From positions 128,001 to 192,000 of the forward strand of contig CBDCCZ010000012.1 in assembly GCA_965215005.1 (NCBI GenBank): 64,000 bases of DNA, in the 5' to 3' direction. The DNA comes from Kofleriaceae bacterium (GTDB lineage: Bacteria; Myxococcota_A; Polyangia; Haliangiales; Haliangiaceae). Below are positions 27,122 through 42,801 of the stretch, piece by piece. The position numbers and the translations under genes were made by a program. Each line of letters begins with the position of its first letter. Position 1 is the stretch's first letter. The notes below the pieces were generated by a model that worked only from the letters and a program-made list of their open reading frames with translations, ran no database searches and was not told the DNA's origin.

Positions 27122-28008
27122 CTAACGCTCGGGCGGATATGGCGCGCCGAGCGCGCGTGGCGGTCGCGAGCGGCCGATGAACCCCGCGAGCGCGATCATC
27201 GTGAGTACATACGGCAGCGTCTGCACCAGCTCGGTAGGCACGGCGATACCGGCGGTTTGAAGGCGCAGCTGCAGCGCCTCGGCAAAGCCGAACAACAAGC
27301 ACGCGGCGCAGGCCCACAGTGGCCGCCAGCTCGCCATGATCACCGCCGCCAACGCGATGTAGCCGCGCCCGCCGCTCATTTCGGCGACGAAGCCGCGGCT
27401 GGTGAGGGCCAAGTAGGCGCCGCCAAGGCCGGCGAGCGCGCCTGCCATCAGCACCGCCACCCAGCGCACGCGCTCGACTCGCACCCCGAGTGATGCGGCC
27501 GCTACGGGATGCTCGCCCACCGCGCGAAGCCGCAGCCCAAAGGGAGTGCGCGCAAGCCACAGCCATACCGCTACGGCCAGCGCCACCACCAGCCAAAATA
27601 GGCCGCTGGAAATCACCCAGGTGTCGATGCCAACGGTGGTTGGCGAGCTCGCAGTGGAGTCGAAGAACAGCTCGAGCAAGTAGCGCGTGAGCCCGTAGGT
27701 CAACAAGTTGATGGCCACGCCGGCGACAATCTGGTCGCCGCCGAGTCGCACCACGACGAGGGCGTAAAGCGCGCCCACGACGATGCCGGCCAGCGCCCCG
27801 CACGCAGCCGCCAGCATGGTGCTGCCGCTGTAGTAGGCAGCCAGCGCTGCTCCGAAGGCGCCCGCAAGGAGCTTGCCCTCGAGCGCGATGTTGATGACTC
27901 CTGAGCGCTCGCTCACCACGCCACCGAGCGCGGCGAGCGCGTACGGCACGCTGATGCGCAGCATTTGCACCGCAAACGCCAGGCTCAAAATCGAGCTCAT
28001 CAGCTCGG

Positions 28009-28012
<4 letters not shown>
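27122..28012 (-). CDS. Nucleoside-type ABC transporter permease (NupC-like)
   Basis: SERSGVINIALEG, GLRLRAVGEHP, GRGYIALAAVI, LPYVLT. Confidence 0.93.
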
Positions 28013-29024
<1,012 letters not shown>

Positions 29025-29028
<4 letters not shown>

Positions 29029-30552
29029 GCCGCGGCCTCCCGCGCCCGTCATCCAAGCGCCGATGCGCTCGCGGGCATCCTCCGCAGCGAGCTCGGCGGC
29101 ATCGAGAGTCGCGACCACCGCACCGCCGTACATGACCATCACGCGATCGGCGAGCGCTTCGAGCTCGGCCAGCTCCGCCGACACCAGGAGCACTGCCAGG
29201 CCGGCATCGCGCGCCGCGATCAGCCGCTGGTGCAGGGCTTCAATGGCGCCAACGTCGACGCCGCGGGTTGGCTGCGCGCACAGCAGGATGCGCGCGCCCG
29301 GCTGCGTCAGCGCTCGGGCCATGACGAGCTTTTGCTGATTGCCGCCGCTGAGCGCGCGCACCGGCGTGTCGAGCGCGGTTGGGCGTATGTCGTAATCGGC
29401 GACCAGCTGCTCGGCGTGGGCGCGCATGGCCGCTCGATCGAGGCCCCAGCGCGACGCGAAACGTCGATGTTGCCCGAGCAGCAGATTCTCGCCCATCGTC
29501 GCCTCGAGTATCACGCCGCGGGCATGGCGATCTTCAGGCACGTGCGCCACCCCGGCAGCGATGCGCTCCGCGACGCTTGCGCGGGTGATGTCGATGCCCT
29601 CGAGCAGCACGCGACCGCCGCTCACCGGCGCCAGCCCCGCCAACGCCAGCACCAACTCGCTCTGACCATTGCCGGCAACGCCCGCGACGCCGAGAATCTC
29701 GTTGCGACAGAGCTCGAAGCTGACGCCGCGAACCCGCGCGGATCCGCCACTCCGCACGAACAGATCCTGCACCCGCAACACCGCCCCGTTTGGCTTGGCC
29801 GGCGGCTTGTCGACTCGCAGCAGCACCTCGCGGCCGACCATGGCGCGCGCCAACTCGGTTGGTGAGGCACTGGCGGCAACGAACGTGTCGATTACCTTGC
29901 CCCGGCGCATCACGGTGATGTGCTCGGCGATGGCCAAGACCTCATCGAGCTTATGGGTGATGAGGACGATGGTCGTGCCCTCGCTCGCCAGTGCCCGCAG
30001 CATGGCGAAAAGCTCGCGCACCTCGCCCGGCGTGAGCACGGCGGTCGGCTCATCGAGGATCAACACATCGCAGCCGCGCCACAACACCTTGAGAATTTCC
30101 ACCCGCTGCTGCTCGCCCACGGACAGGTCTTCGATACGCGCATCAGGGTCGACGCCAAAGCCGAATCGCGCCGCCAAGGCCGCGACCTCGCGCGCCCCGC
30201 GCTGGCGGTCTAGAAATGGCCCGCGGCGATGCTCGGCGCCGAGCATGACGTTCTCGGTGACGGTGAGAGTCGGTACCAGCATGAAGTGTTGATGGACCAT
30301 GCCGAGCCCTGCGGCGATGGCGGCGCGCGGCTCGTGACGCTCGAGCGCGACCTGCCGCCCCTTGATCCGCAGACTGCCGCTGTCGGCGCGCTCCTGGCCG
30401 TAGGCGACCTTCATCAGCGTCGACTTACCGGCGCCATTCTCACCGACGATGGCATGCACCGTGCCCGACGCCACCGCGATGGACGCGCCGTCGTTGGCGA
30501 GCGTCTGGCCATAGCGCTTGTCGATGTCTTTGAGCTCGAGCGCCGGCGTCAT
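29025..30552 (-). CDS. Nucleoside-type ABC transporter ATP-binding protein with two NBDs (NupA-like)
   Basis: GENGAGKST, GMVHQHFML, ILDEPT, LSGGNQQK, QPTRGVD. Reads through into the permease in this assembly. Confidence 0.93.
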
Positions 30553-31550
30553 TGGCTCGGCACCTCGATCGCGCCAGCGGTGATCTTCGCGGCGATCGCG
30601 CGCACCTCGGCAACGACCTCAGCGGGGATACGAGCCGTGTTGTTGTCATCGTAGACAAATCCCACGCCGTCATCATCGAGCCCGAGCTCGGTCACGCCGC
30701 CAGAAAATTGGCCTTTGGCAACTTGTTCGATGACCCGATACACCGCCACGTCCACGCGCTTGACCATGCTGGTGAGCACGCAGCACGGCGCCTCGTGATA
30801 TTGGTCTGAGTCGACGCCAATGGCCCAGGCGCCGGCTTCTCGTGCCGCGTTGAATACCCCGACGCCGGTCTTGCCGCTGGCGTGATAAATCACGTCGGCG
30901 CCGCGGCTGTACTGGGTGGCCGCGAGCTCACGCCCGGTGGTGGGATCGGCAAACGCTTTCGGCTCGGTGCCGGCGTAGGCCGAGAGCACGCGGCAGTCGG
31001 GGCACGTGTAGCGCACGCCAGCGGCATAGCCGGCTTCGAACTTGCGAATCAGCGGAATCTTCATGCCGCCCACGAAACCAACCGCGCGCGTCTTGGTCAC
31101 CAGGCCCGCGAGCGCGCCCACGAGAAATGAGCCCTCGTGCTCGCGAAAGCGAATGCCGGCGAGGTTTGGCGGCGGCTCGCCACCGGAATAGTCGATGGCG
31201 GCGAACTTCACCTCGGGAAACTCGCGCGCCAGCTTGTTGATGTCGTCGGTGAAGATGAACCCAACACCGATGACCAGGTCGCTGCCTGCCGCCGCGAGCT
31301 GCCGCAGCGCACTCTCGCGATCCGAGCCATCGCCCGGCTCGATATAGCGGACTGCGACGCCGAGCTCGGCTTCGGCGCGCTCGAGGCCGCGACTGGCCGC
31401 ATCGTTGAACGATTTGTCGCCGCGGCCGCCAACATCGAAGACCAGGCCGATGTGGATCCCGCTCGAGGAGGCTTGCGGCGCCCCTAGGTTGGCCCCCACC
31501 GCGAGCAACGCCGCGTTGATCACGACAAGGCCGATGACCAAGCCGCGCAT
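30549..31550 (-). CDS. BMP family ABC substrate-binding protein
   Basis: GGRGDKSFN, FREHEGSFLVG, AIGVDSDQ, TSMVKRVD. Confidence 0.94.
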   Translation of the reverse strand: MRGLVIGLVVINAALLAVGANLGAPQASSSGIHIGLVFDVGGRGDKSFNDAASRGLERAEAELGVAVRYIEPGDGSDRESALRQLAAAGSDLVIGVGFIFTDDINKLAREFPEVKFAAIDYSGGEPPPNLAGIRFREHEGSFLVGALAGLVTKTRAVGFVGGMKIPLIRKFEAGYAAGVRYTCPDCRVLSAYAGTEPKAFADPTTGRELAATQYSRGADVIYHASGKTGVGVFNAAREAGAWAIGVDSDQYHEAPCCVLTSMVKRVDVAVYRVIEQVAKGQFSGGVTELGLDDDGVGFVYDDNNTARIPAEVVAEVRAIAAKITAGAIEVPSQ

Positions 31551-31608
31551 CAGAGGCTCACCACGCGGCACGCCTCTGCGTCACTAGCAACTCGCGCAAG
31601 CGCAGCGC

Positions 31609-33013
31609 TCACTCGTGCAAAAACGCCAGAAGACCCAGCGAGTTGAGAAACACCAACACAATCGCCAGCGGCGCGATGTAGCGGATCGCAAAGCTCCACG
31701 CCGGATACAGACCGCCCCAGCGGGTACCGCTGGCAAATTGCTCGCGCGATACCGTTTTGGGAATCACCCAACCGACGAAGATCGCCACCAACAGGCCGCC
31801 CAGCGGCAGCAGCAAATTGGACACGTAATGGTCCCAAAATCCGAGCCAGGAGCGCGCCCCCTCCGGCGCGAGCAACACCTCAGCGATCGCGGGCCAACCA
31901 GCAAACAAATGCCGATCGCCAAACGCCGACGGAATGGCAAAGATCGTGATCGCGCTGCCGGTGGCGAGAACTGCTTTCGTGCGGCTCCAGCCAAAGCGGT
32001 CGATCACCGTCGCGGCCACCACCTCGAGCAGCGAAATCGCCGAGGTGAGCGCCGCAAACACCAGCAGCACGAAGAACGCGAGAGCAAACAGAGTGCCCCC
32101 GGCCATCTGCCCGAACGCGATCGGCATGCTGATGAACACCAGCCCCGGACCGGCCTGGGGTCCCATGCCGAACGAGAAGATGATCGGGAACATAATGAGA
32201 CACGCCAGCAGCGCCACCGCGGTATCGAGAATGGAAATGGTTCCAGAGGCGACGATCATGTCGTCGCGACGCGAGAGGTAGGAGCCGTAGGTGATGAGCG
32301 CGCCCATGCCGAGACTCAACGTGAAGAACGAGTGACCGAGCGCCTCGAGCGCCCCCGCCGCGGAGAACTTGTCGCCGTTGGGCGCGAAGATGAACTCCAC
32401 CGCCTCGCCAAACCCCGGCTGGGTGGTGGCATCCGCGAGCATGACCAGCAGCAACACGAACAGCGTTGGCATCATCACCTTGGCAGCCTTCTCGATGCCC
32501 TTGGCCACGCCGCCCGCCACGATGGCGATGGTGAGGGCCATGAACACCACGGTCCAAACGATGCTGCGCCCGATGCTGCCCGAAACCTGTCCAAACAGCG
32601 CCTGCACCGAGTCTGGGGTGGAATTGGCGAAGCTGCCCTGCACCGCCAGCCACACGTAGTCGCACGCCCATCCGGCGATGACCGAGTAATAACTGAGCAG
32701 GATGAAGCCGGTGACCACCCCCATCCAGCCTACCAGCGCCCAGGCGCGGCGATGGCCGAGCGCCTCGAACGCCGGCACCGGCGAGGTCTGCGCAGCACGC
32801 CCAATCATGATCTCGCCGATCATGATCGGCAGCCCGACGAGCGCGATGCACACCAAGTAGACCAGGACGAAGAGCCCGCCGCCGTTCATCCCGGTGATGA
32901 ACGGAAACTTCCAAATGTTGCCGAGCCCCACGGCCGAGCCCGCGGCTGCCAGGACGAAGCCGAGCCGGCTCCCCCACTGGCCGCGCTCCGCCGCTGATCT
33001 GGGGGCGACGTTG

Positions 33014-33021
<8 letters not shown>
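31609..33021 (-). CDS. Sodium-dependent transporter, NSS/SNF family
   Basis: WGSRLGFVLAAAGSAVGLGNIWKFP, FFTLSLGMG, GPGLVF. Confidence 0.96.
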
Positions 33022-34708
<1,687 letters not shown>

Positions 34709-34982
34709 GTCATTCCGGCCTCACAGCCGCAAACGATGCACCGATTAAGGCGAGCCGAGCGGAAGCGCTGCTCGAGTCCGCCCCTACTCGACGATGGATG
34801 TAGTTCCAGTTGCCTTCGACCGTGAGCAGCGACGCGTCGAAGGTGCTCACGGTGTCGCTAAACGCCGTCGGCCCTTGCTGGCCATCGAGCCGCTGGCTGA
34901 GCGAGCTTGCTCCGCTCGCGGCCACGCCGTGACCGCGTTCGAGCCTAGCGCTATGCTACCTTGAGCAAACCCAGGAGGAACG

Positions 34983-36111
34983 ATGGGCATCATCAGCTTC
35001 GTGAAGGGTGGCGTGCGCGAGCTCGCCGTCGCGCGTCCCGACGAGCACAAGGATAGTTGGGTCTATAAGCACCCCGACCAAACCATCCCGATGAAGGCGC
35101 AGCTCACCGTCGACACCGACGAGATTGCGCTGTTCTTTCGCGATGGCAGCTATGTCGGGCAGTTCGGCCCCGGCCGCCACACCCTCGATAGCTCCAACGT
35201 GCCGTTCCTCGGCCAGCTCATCGACAAGTTCACCGGCGGCAACGTCTTCATTGCCGAAGTGTTCTTCGTCAACACCCGCGAGCATCCGAGCATCAAGTTC
35301 GGCACCAGCGTGGGTGACGTACCCGATCCGCAGACCGGGCTGCGCGTGCGGCTGATGGTCCACGGCGAGTTTTCCGCCAAAGTCTTCGACGCCACGCGCT
35401 TCGTCTCGGGGCTCGTTGGCCAGCGCATGGCGTCCAACGATGCGTTCCTCGGCTGGTTCAAGAGCCAGGTGCAGAAGACCATCAAGGATCACATCGCCGA
35501 GCTCATCGTCAAGCAGGGTTGGCCGATGATGAAGGTCACCTCGGGTGCCTATACCGAGGAGATCGAGCAGGTAACGCTCACCAACGTCCGTAAGCACATT
35601 GAGTCGTACGGGGTCGAGATCATGCGGTTTGGTGACTTCACCATCAGCATGGACAACAAAGACAAAGAGCGGCTCGACTAGCTGGTGGAGCGCGCCGCGT
35701 ACATCAACCTTGCGGGCGGCATGCAGGGCTATCAGCAGTTTGCCCAAGCAGAAAATGATGATGGGCGCCGGCGAGGGCATGCGCCAAGGCGGCGGCGGTG
35801 GTGGTGGTGGTGGTGGCAGTGGTGCGCTGCAAGGCGCCGGGCTGGCGATGGGCTTTGGGGTCATCGGCCAGATGATGAACCAGCAGCAAAATGCCAGCGG
35901 CGTCGCGCCGCAAGCCAACCCGCCGGTGCAGAGTCAGCTCGGCAAAACGGTCTGCGGCGCCTGCGGCAGCCACGTCAATCCCGGCAAGTTTTGTGCGAGC
36001 TGTGGCAAAGCGCTCAGCGCCGCGCCCGCCACCAAGTTCTGCGCGAGCTGCGGCAGCAAGATGCCCGAGGGCGCCAAATTCTGCGGCGACTGCGGCACCG
36101 CTGCCGGCTAA
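34983..36111 (+). CDS. SPFH/Band-7 domain protein with Gly-rich linker and double zinc ribbon (internal TAG 35679-35681; frameshift near 35755)
   Basis: AGGAGG SD, QLTV..DEIALFFRDG, FGPGRHTL..NVPFL, AEVFFVN, C-terminal KFCASCG/KFCGDCG repeats. Confidence 0.85.
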
Positions 36112-36174
36112 CGACTGGGCCGGCGGCATGTGGCGGAAGATGCCGTGCGGCGCCGCCGCATGGCACTCCCACCG

Positions 36175-37581
36175 CTACGGCAGAACCAGCAGCCACATCG
36201 GCACCAGAGCGCCCATGGCCAGAAATAGAGCTGCGGTGTAGCCGACGATATCGCGCGCGCGCAGGCCCATGATGCCTAGCAGCGGCAACGCCCAAAACGG
36301 CTGCAACATGTTGGTCCAGGCATCGCCGTAGGAGAACGCAAGCACCGTGGTCGCCGGGCTGACGCCGGCAGCGGTCGCGGCGCCCAGAAGCAGCTCGCCT
36401 TGCACTGGCCCACTGACCACCTCCAGACGGCACCGCGAGATTGACCACGCCCGCCGATAGAAAGCTGAGCACCGGCAACGTCCGCGGGCTCGAGGCCTCC
36501 ACCATCGCCGTGGAAATCGCGCTGATGAGCCCGCTGCTTTTGAGCATTCCGAGGATGCCGAAGTAGAAGGGAAACTGCAGGATGATGGCTCCGGCGCCGC
36601 GCGCGCCATCGGCAATCGTGTCGACATAGCAGCGCAGCGGCCCCTGCAACGCGATCCCGACGAACAAGAACAGCCAGATCACCGAGTCGAGGTCGAGCAC
36701 CATCTGGCCGCGTTGAAACGCACCAGCCGTGTATCCAAGGCCTGCGAGCCCCACCGCGCGTCCGACCCACGGACTTTCCTGCAGCCACGACACCCATCCA
36801 ACGATCGGCTCGCGCCGACGCTCCGGCAGCGGCGCCAGCTGCGTGCTATCCGGTCCGATGAGCTCGCGCGTATCGCGCGGCGTGAGCGCCCAAAACAGCA
36901 CCGTCGCGAGCCCGACGATGCTCCCGGTGATCAGCAAGATTCATCGCCGAAAACACCGTGGCGCTCATCGGCACCACGCCCACCAGGGACGCCGCGAAGT
37001 GCCCTTCGGCAGCCACCGTGAGCGGCGCCGAGCCCGATAGGCCGCCATGCCACACCGCAAAGCCTGCGTACGCCGCAGCACCGAGCAGCGGATAGTGCAC
37101 CGCCACGCCGCCTCGGGCGGCAGCGCGCCCCAGCTCGCGCGCCAGCAGCGCACCGGCGATGGCGCCAAGCCCCCACTGCACCAGCGCGCCGCCCGCCACA
37201 CGACACCAACGTCACCAGCACCGTGGCACCGGCCGCGCTGCGCGGCACCCGCGCCACCCGCGCGATCGCTTGCTGCACCGGCGGGCTGAGCGCCAGCGCG
37301 TGCCCGGTGACCAAAATCAGCGCCATCTTGAGCGCAAACGCCAGCAGCGCCGCATCGCGAACGCCGTCGTACCAGCCGTCCATCAGCTGCCAGAGCGGCG
37401 CGATCAGCGGCTTGTCGACGCCGACGCCACGCGCCAACACGACGCCGGCGCTCACGGTTTGCGACACCGCGACCACACCGGCAGTGAGCACCACCAAGGT
37501 CAATAGCAGCGCGAGCACGAACGGATCGGGCACCCACCGCTGCGCCCACCGCGACAGCACCTTGGCTAGGCCGCCAACCAT
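36175..37581 (-). CDS. Short-chain fatty acid transporter, AtoE family (frameshifted)
   Basis: RWVPDPFVLA, MALILVTGHALA, HYPLLGAAAY, WHGGLSGSAPL, IILQFPFYFGI, VPSGGGQW, YGDAWTNMLQPFWALP. Confidence 0.92.
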
Positions 37582-37620
37582 CGGCGCAGCATACCGCGGT
37601 GTGGTATGAAGCCGCGCCCG

Positions 37621-38343
37621 ATGAGTGAGCCCGTCGACAACCGCGCCTACTACGATGACTTCGCCGGCTGGTACGAACGACAGCGCGGCTACGGCTATCA
37701 CCAAATGCTCGATGACCTCGAGGTCGAGCTGGTCCGCCGCTATGGCCACGGTCGTGATGTGCTCGAGGTCGGCTGCGGCACTGGCCTGTTGCTAGAGCGC
37801 ATTGCCGGCTTTGCCGCTCATGCCGTGGGCGCCGACCTATCGGCTGGAATGCTGGCCCACGCACGCGCCCGGCAGCTCGAGGTCGTGCAGGCCTCGGCCA
37901 GCGAGTTGCCGTTTGCCGATGCCAGCTTCGATGTCGTCTGCTCGTTCAAGGTGCTCGCCCACGTGCGCGAGATCGAGCACGCGTTGGCCGAGATGGCGCG
38001 GGTCACCCGCCCCGGCGGATGGGTGCTTGCCGAGTTCTACAACACCCGCTCGCTGCGCTACCTGGTCAAGAGCCTCAAGCCGCCCACCGCCATCTCCGCC
38101 ACCACCTCGGACGAAGCGGTGTACACCCGCTACGATGCGCCGGGTGCGTTCCGCCGCTACCTGCCCGCCACCCTCACCTGGCGCGGGATGCGCGGGATTC
38201 GCATCATCACGCCGGTGGCAGCCGTGCATCGCGTGCCGCTGGTTGGCGGCCTCACGCGCGTTCTCGAGCGGCGGCTGGCGGATGTGCCGTTGGCGCGCAG
38301 CCTCGGCGGCTTTGCCGTCGCCATCGCGCAACGCAGCCGCTGA
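37621..38343 (+). CDS. Class I SAM-dependent methyltransferase
   Basis: VLEVGCGTG, GADLSAGML, LPFADASFD, RVTRPGG. Alternative start 37606. Confidence 0.92.
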   Translation: MSEPVDNRAYYDDFAGWYERQRGYGYHQMLDDLEVELVRRYGHGRDVLEVGCGTGLLLERIAGFAAHAVGADLSAGMLAHARARQLEVVQASASELPFADASFDVVCSFKVLAHVREIEHALAEMARVTRPGGWVLAEFYNTRSLRYLVKSLKPPTAISATTSDEAVYTRYDAPGAFRRYLPATLTWRGMRGIRIITPVAAVHRVPLVGGLTRVLERRLADVPLARSLGGFAVAIAQRSR

Positions 38344-38402
38344 AACCGCGATGCCGCGCCCGCGGCGTCGATTCCTGCGCCCGCAGCAGGTATCCTGCCG
38401 GC

Positions 38403-39787
<1,385 letters not shown>

Positions 39788-39936
39788 CGATTCGGGGTGC
39801 CGCGTTTGAGCGCAAAACGGCACCAAGTGACAATTTACGGCACCGGAAGCGCCGCATTTCGTCCGCCGCATCTCGCGTACCGCAGCCTACACAAATAGTT
39901 CCAGGAGCTTTGCCCGGCCGGGGCAACCGCAGCGAG

Positions 39937-39952
39937 CGGTACACCCGTTGCA
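39937..39952 (+). promoter_or_regulatory. sigma54 promoter of the pilin cluster
   Basis: CGGTACACCCGTTGCA (GG-N10-GC) between pilR and the first pilin. Confidence 0.7.
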
Positions 39953-39966
39953 CAAGGAGACGAGCG

Positions 39967-40498
39967 ATGCGACGCCAGGGGGGAATGACGATCATGGAGC
40001 TGATGGTCGCGGTGGCGATCGTCGGCGTCCTGGCGGCGGTGGCGGTGTTCATGTTCACCAAGACCACCAAGAAGGGCCAAAGCCGACGCCGAGGTCAACG
40101 CGATGTTCACCGAGCTGCGTTTGCGCCAAGAGGCCTACCACGTCGAAAACGGCGCCTATCTATCCACCGGTGCCGACGAAAGCGATGCCTTTCCGGCGAG
40201 CCCTTCTGGTCCCAGCGGCGGGACAGAAATCCAGCCCATGCCCGCGACCTGGACGGCGCTGCGACTGCGGCCGGGCCGAGACACGGTGCTCTGCACCTAC
40301 GTGAGCATGGCGGGCGATGGCGGCGATGACACCAACCTCGGTGCGGTGGCGCAGAGCTTCGGCATGGACAGCGCGCCGGCAACCAACTGGTACTACCTGC
40401 TCGCCGAGTGCGACATGGACGGAAACAGCAGCGTCAACTCGTTTTATTTTTCGCGAAGCGACACCACCGGTGTAGCGAAGCGAAACGAAGGCCGATAA
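39967..40498 (+). CDS. Type IV pilin-like protein (frameshift near 40075)
   Basis: [27 protein letters not shown] prepilin motif, continuing in another frame as [18 protein letters not shown]...ECDMDGN. Confidence 0.85.
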
Positions 40499-40569
40499 CC
40501 CATTCACCGTTCGCGAAACTCGTAAAGCCGAATTCTCGGCGCAAGAACCACAACCGGAGGTACGTAGAG

Positions 40570-41121
40570 ATGATTTCGAAGCTGCGCAATAAAGCCCAAA
40601 AAGGTTTCACCCTCATCGAGCTCATGATCGTCGTCGCCATCATCGGCATCCTCGCCGCGGTCGCGGTGCCCGCCTTCATGAAGTACATGCAGAAGGCGAA
40701 GACCACGGAGGCCAAGCAGTTCGTCAAGAAGATCTACGATGGCGCTCGCACGTATTACGTCGACAGCGACACCAACAGCGCTTCACAGGAGCCGGTGGCC
40801 AAGCAGTTCCCGGCGACGACCGCAGCAACTCCTGCAGAGAATGCCTGCTGCAGTGAGGTCGGTGAAAAGTGTCAGCCCTCCGCGGCTCTGTGGGATACGG
40901 GCGACGATGCACCCACGTGGAACGCCCTGCAGTTTTCGATTACAGACCCTCACTACTACTGGTACACGTTCGAATCTGATCCCGAGGTGGAATTCACCGC
41001 TCGCGCCAACGGAAACCTCGACTGTGACACCAACTTTTCTACATTCGAGATGAAGGGATACGTGCAGGACGGAGAGGTGCAAGGCGGTCAAGGCATGTCG
41101 CGCGCCAACGAGCTCGAGTAA
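40570..41121 (+). CDS. pilA: Type IVa major pilin
   Basis: [46 protein letters not shown], followed by a hairpin. Confidence 0.85.
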   Translation: MISKLRNKAQKGFTLIELMIVVAIIGILAAVAVPAFMKYMQKAKTTEAKQFVKKIYDGARTYYVDSDTNSASQEPVAKQFPATTAATPAENACCSEVGEKCQPSAALWDTGDDAPTWNALQFSITDPHYYWYTFESDPEVEFTARANGNLDCDTNFSTFEMKGYVQDGEVQGGQGMSRANELE

Positions 41122-41150
41122 GATACCTCCGTTCCCGTTCCTGGATGTTT

Positions 41151-41174
41151 CCGCCGGGGCCTGCTCCCCGGCGG
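41151..41174 (+). terminator. Hairpin downstream of pilA
   Basis: CCGCCGGGG/CCCCGGCGG 9-bp stem. Confidence 0.5.
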
Positions 41175-41207
41175 TCGCATTTGGGCTTCGGCCCACGAAG
41201 GCTCACC

Positions 41208-41771
41208 ATGCGGCCAACGCCCACGCGCATCCGACACCCTCATAGCGGCTTCACGTTGATTGAGCTCCTGATTGCGGTGGCCATCATCGGAATACTGTCT
41301 GTCGTGGCACTTCCTTCCTTCATGAGCTACATCCGCAAGGCTAGATCATCCGAAGCTCGCACCCAGCTGAAACTGATCAGTGACGGTGCAAGACTTTATT
41401 ACTTGGATGAGCATTTTTCCGACGACTTGAGAACGACTCTGCCGAAGTCCTTTCCGATGACCCAGACGTCACCGACACCGATAGCCACTTGTTGCGCAAA
41501 TGGGTCACGCAAGTGCATGCCGGCCGACGGCGGCTGGGAGAATGACGAAACGTGGCGGGCTCTAGGCTTCGCCATGTCCGATCCCCACTACTATCGCTAT
41601 CAGTTTGTAGCCTCGGGAACGGGGCTCGACGCCGAGTTCACTGGCCGCGCCTTCGGCGACCTCGACTGCGACGGCATCCAGTCTACATTCGAGATCCACG
41701 GTACCGTCTCCGACGACTCCAACGACGTTCGCTCAGGTAGAGCCATTGGACGTCAAAACGAGCTCGAGTAG
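41208..41771 (+). CDS. Type IV pilin, paralog of pilA
   Basis: HSG|FTLIELLIAVAIIGILSVVALPSFMSY. Shares CC..KC, DPHYY, LDCD and terminal NELE with pilA. Confidence 0.9.
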   Translation: MRPTPTRIRHPHSGFTLIELLIAVAIIGILSVVALPSFMSYIRKARSSEARTQLKLISDGARLYYLDEHFSDDLRTTLPKSFPMTQTSPTPIATCCANGSRKCMPADGGWENDETWRALGFAMSDPHYYRYQFVASGTGLDAEFTGRAFGDLDCDGIQSTFEIHGTVSDDSNDVRSGRAIGRQNELE

Positions 41772-41810
41772 CCCTTACGTCGACTGGGCCTACTCTTTCT
41801 TGCACACTGT

Positions 41811-42764
41811 ATGAAGCGTAGCGCCATTCGCCTCGCGCTCCTCCTCACGGCGGTTTTGTCTTTGTGGGGAGCCAGCCAGCTCCTCAAGCAGCGCGTGTTG
41901 CACGAGCGCTCGCGCTGGCCGGCGATGGAAGAGCTGCAGCTGATGCCGAGCCCGGCGGTGGTCAAGAAGCTGGCCCTGGGCTACGACCAAGCGGTGGCCG
42001 ATCTGTGGTGGGCGCGGACCACGGTCTACTACGGCTCGGATACCGAGCACGAAGCCTCGAAGTTTCAGTACCTCGAGCCGCTCATCGACACGGTGCTCGC
42101 GCTCGATCCCAAGTTCGAGCGCGTCTACGACTGGGCCTCGTACGCGGTGACCTTTCGCTCCGGCGCCGCCACCACCGATGAATTCCTCCGCAGCGTGCAG
42201 TATCTCGAGCGCGCCATCGACGAGTTTCCCGACACCTACAAGTTTTACTGGCTCGCCGGCATTCGCTACTTCCTCGACCTGCGCGTGGAGGACGAGGCTC
42301 TGCAAAGGCGCTATCGCGAGCGCGGCGCCGAGCTCATCGAGAAAGCGATGCGCCAGCCCGATGCGCCCAGCACGCTGGCGAGCTACGCAGCGTCGTTTCG
42401 CAGCGAGCTCGGTCAACAGCAGCAAGCCCTGCGCACTCTCGAGGAGATGATCCTTCTCACTGAGGATCCCAAAGCGCAGGCCAAGCTCGTCGCTCGTTAC
42501 CAGCAAATCGCCCAGAAAGAATTCCCTGCGGAGGCCCAAGAGGCCAAGCAGGCGTTCGAAGCAGCGTGGCAGGAGCATCTGCCCTATGCGCCGCCGTCGC
42601 TGTTTGCGATTCTCGGCGAGCCGCCCAAGGACTACATCGACTGGCAGGAGCTCATGGCGCCGCGCGAGCTCTTCACCGCGACGCTCGAGGACGAGCCCAG
42701 CGACGCCAGCGACTCCGACCTCAACGACGCCCTCGCCCCGACCTCGACGGCACCTGCCGACTAA
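41811..42764 (+). CDS. Pilin-associated helical/TPR-like protein (PilG/XapA-like)
   Basis: N-terminal TM, LALGYDQAVADLWW..YYG and LDPKF...Y motifs, position directly after the pilins. Confidence 0.55.
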   Translation: MKRSAIRLALLLTAVLSLWGASQLLKQRVLHERSRWPAMEELQLMPSPAVVKKLALGYDQAVADLWWARTTVYYGSDTEHEASKFQYLEPLIDTVLALDPKFERVYDWASYAVTFRSGAATTDEFLRSVQYLERAIDEFPDTYKFYWLAGIRYFLDLRVEDEALQRRYRERGAELIEKAMRQPDAPSTLASYAASFRSELGQQQQALRTLEEMILLTEDPKAQAKLVARYQQIAQKEFPAEAQEAKQAFEAAWQEHLPYAPPSLFAILGEPPKDYIDWQELMAPRELFTATLEDEPSDASDSDLNDALAPTSTAPAD

Positions 42765-42801
42765 CGCTGTCGCCTCCTCACGGCGTAGAGCGGCGCGAGT
42801 T

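Noticed and set aside
31583..31605. Further repeat copies at CACTAGCAACTCGCGCAAGCG and at 55980-55992
   Set aside because: Matches are too short to separate from chance.
31615..32997. Long antisense or overlapping ORFs (also 44498..45595, 12763..13839, 48123..49301)
   Set aside because: Shadow ORFs expected opposite real genes in high-GC DNA.
35679..35681. In-frame TAG in the SPFH gene as pyrrolysine or read-through
   Set aside because: No pylT/pylS in view, the PylC-like ATP-grasp is a generic fold, and the region is error-rich. A CAG/AAG miscall is simpler.
35788..35823. GGC/GGT trinucleotide run
   Set aside because: An ordinary poly-Gly linker.
40606..41121. Conductive e-pilin (20 aromatic residues in 171 aa; F1, F24, Y27, Y50, Y51)
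   Set aside because: These positions are common in deltaproteobacterial pilins, and aromatic content alone does not show conductivity.
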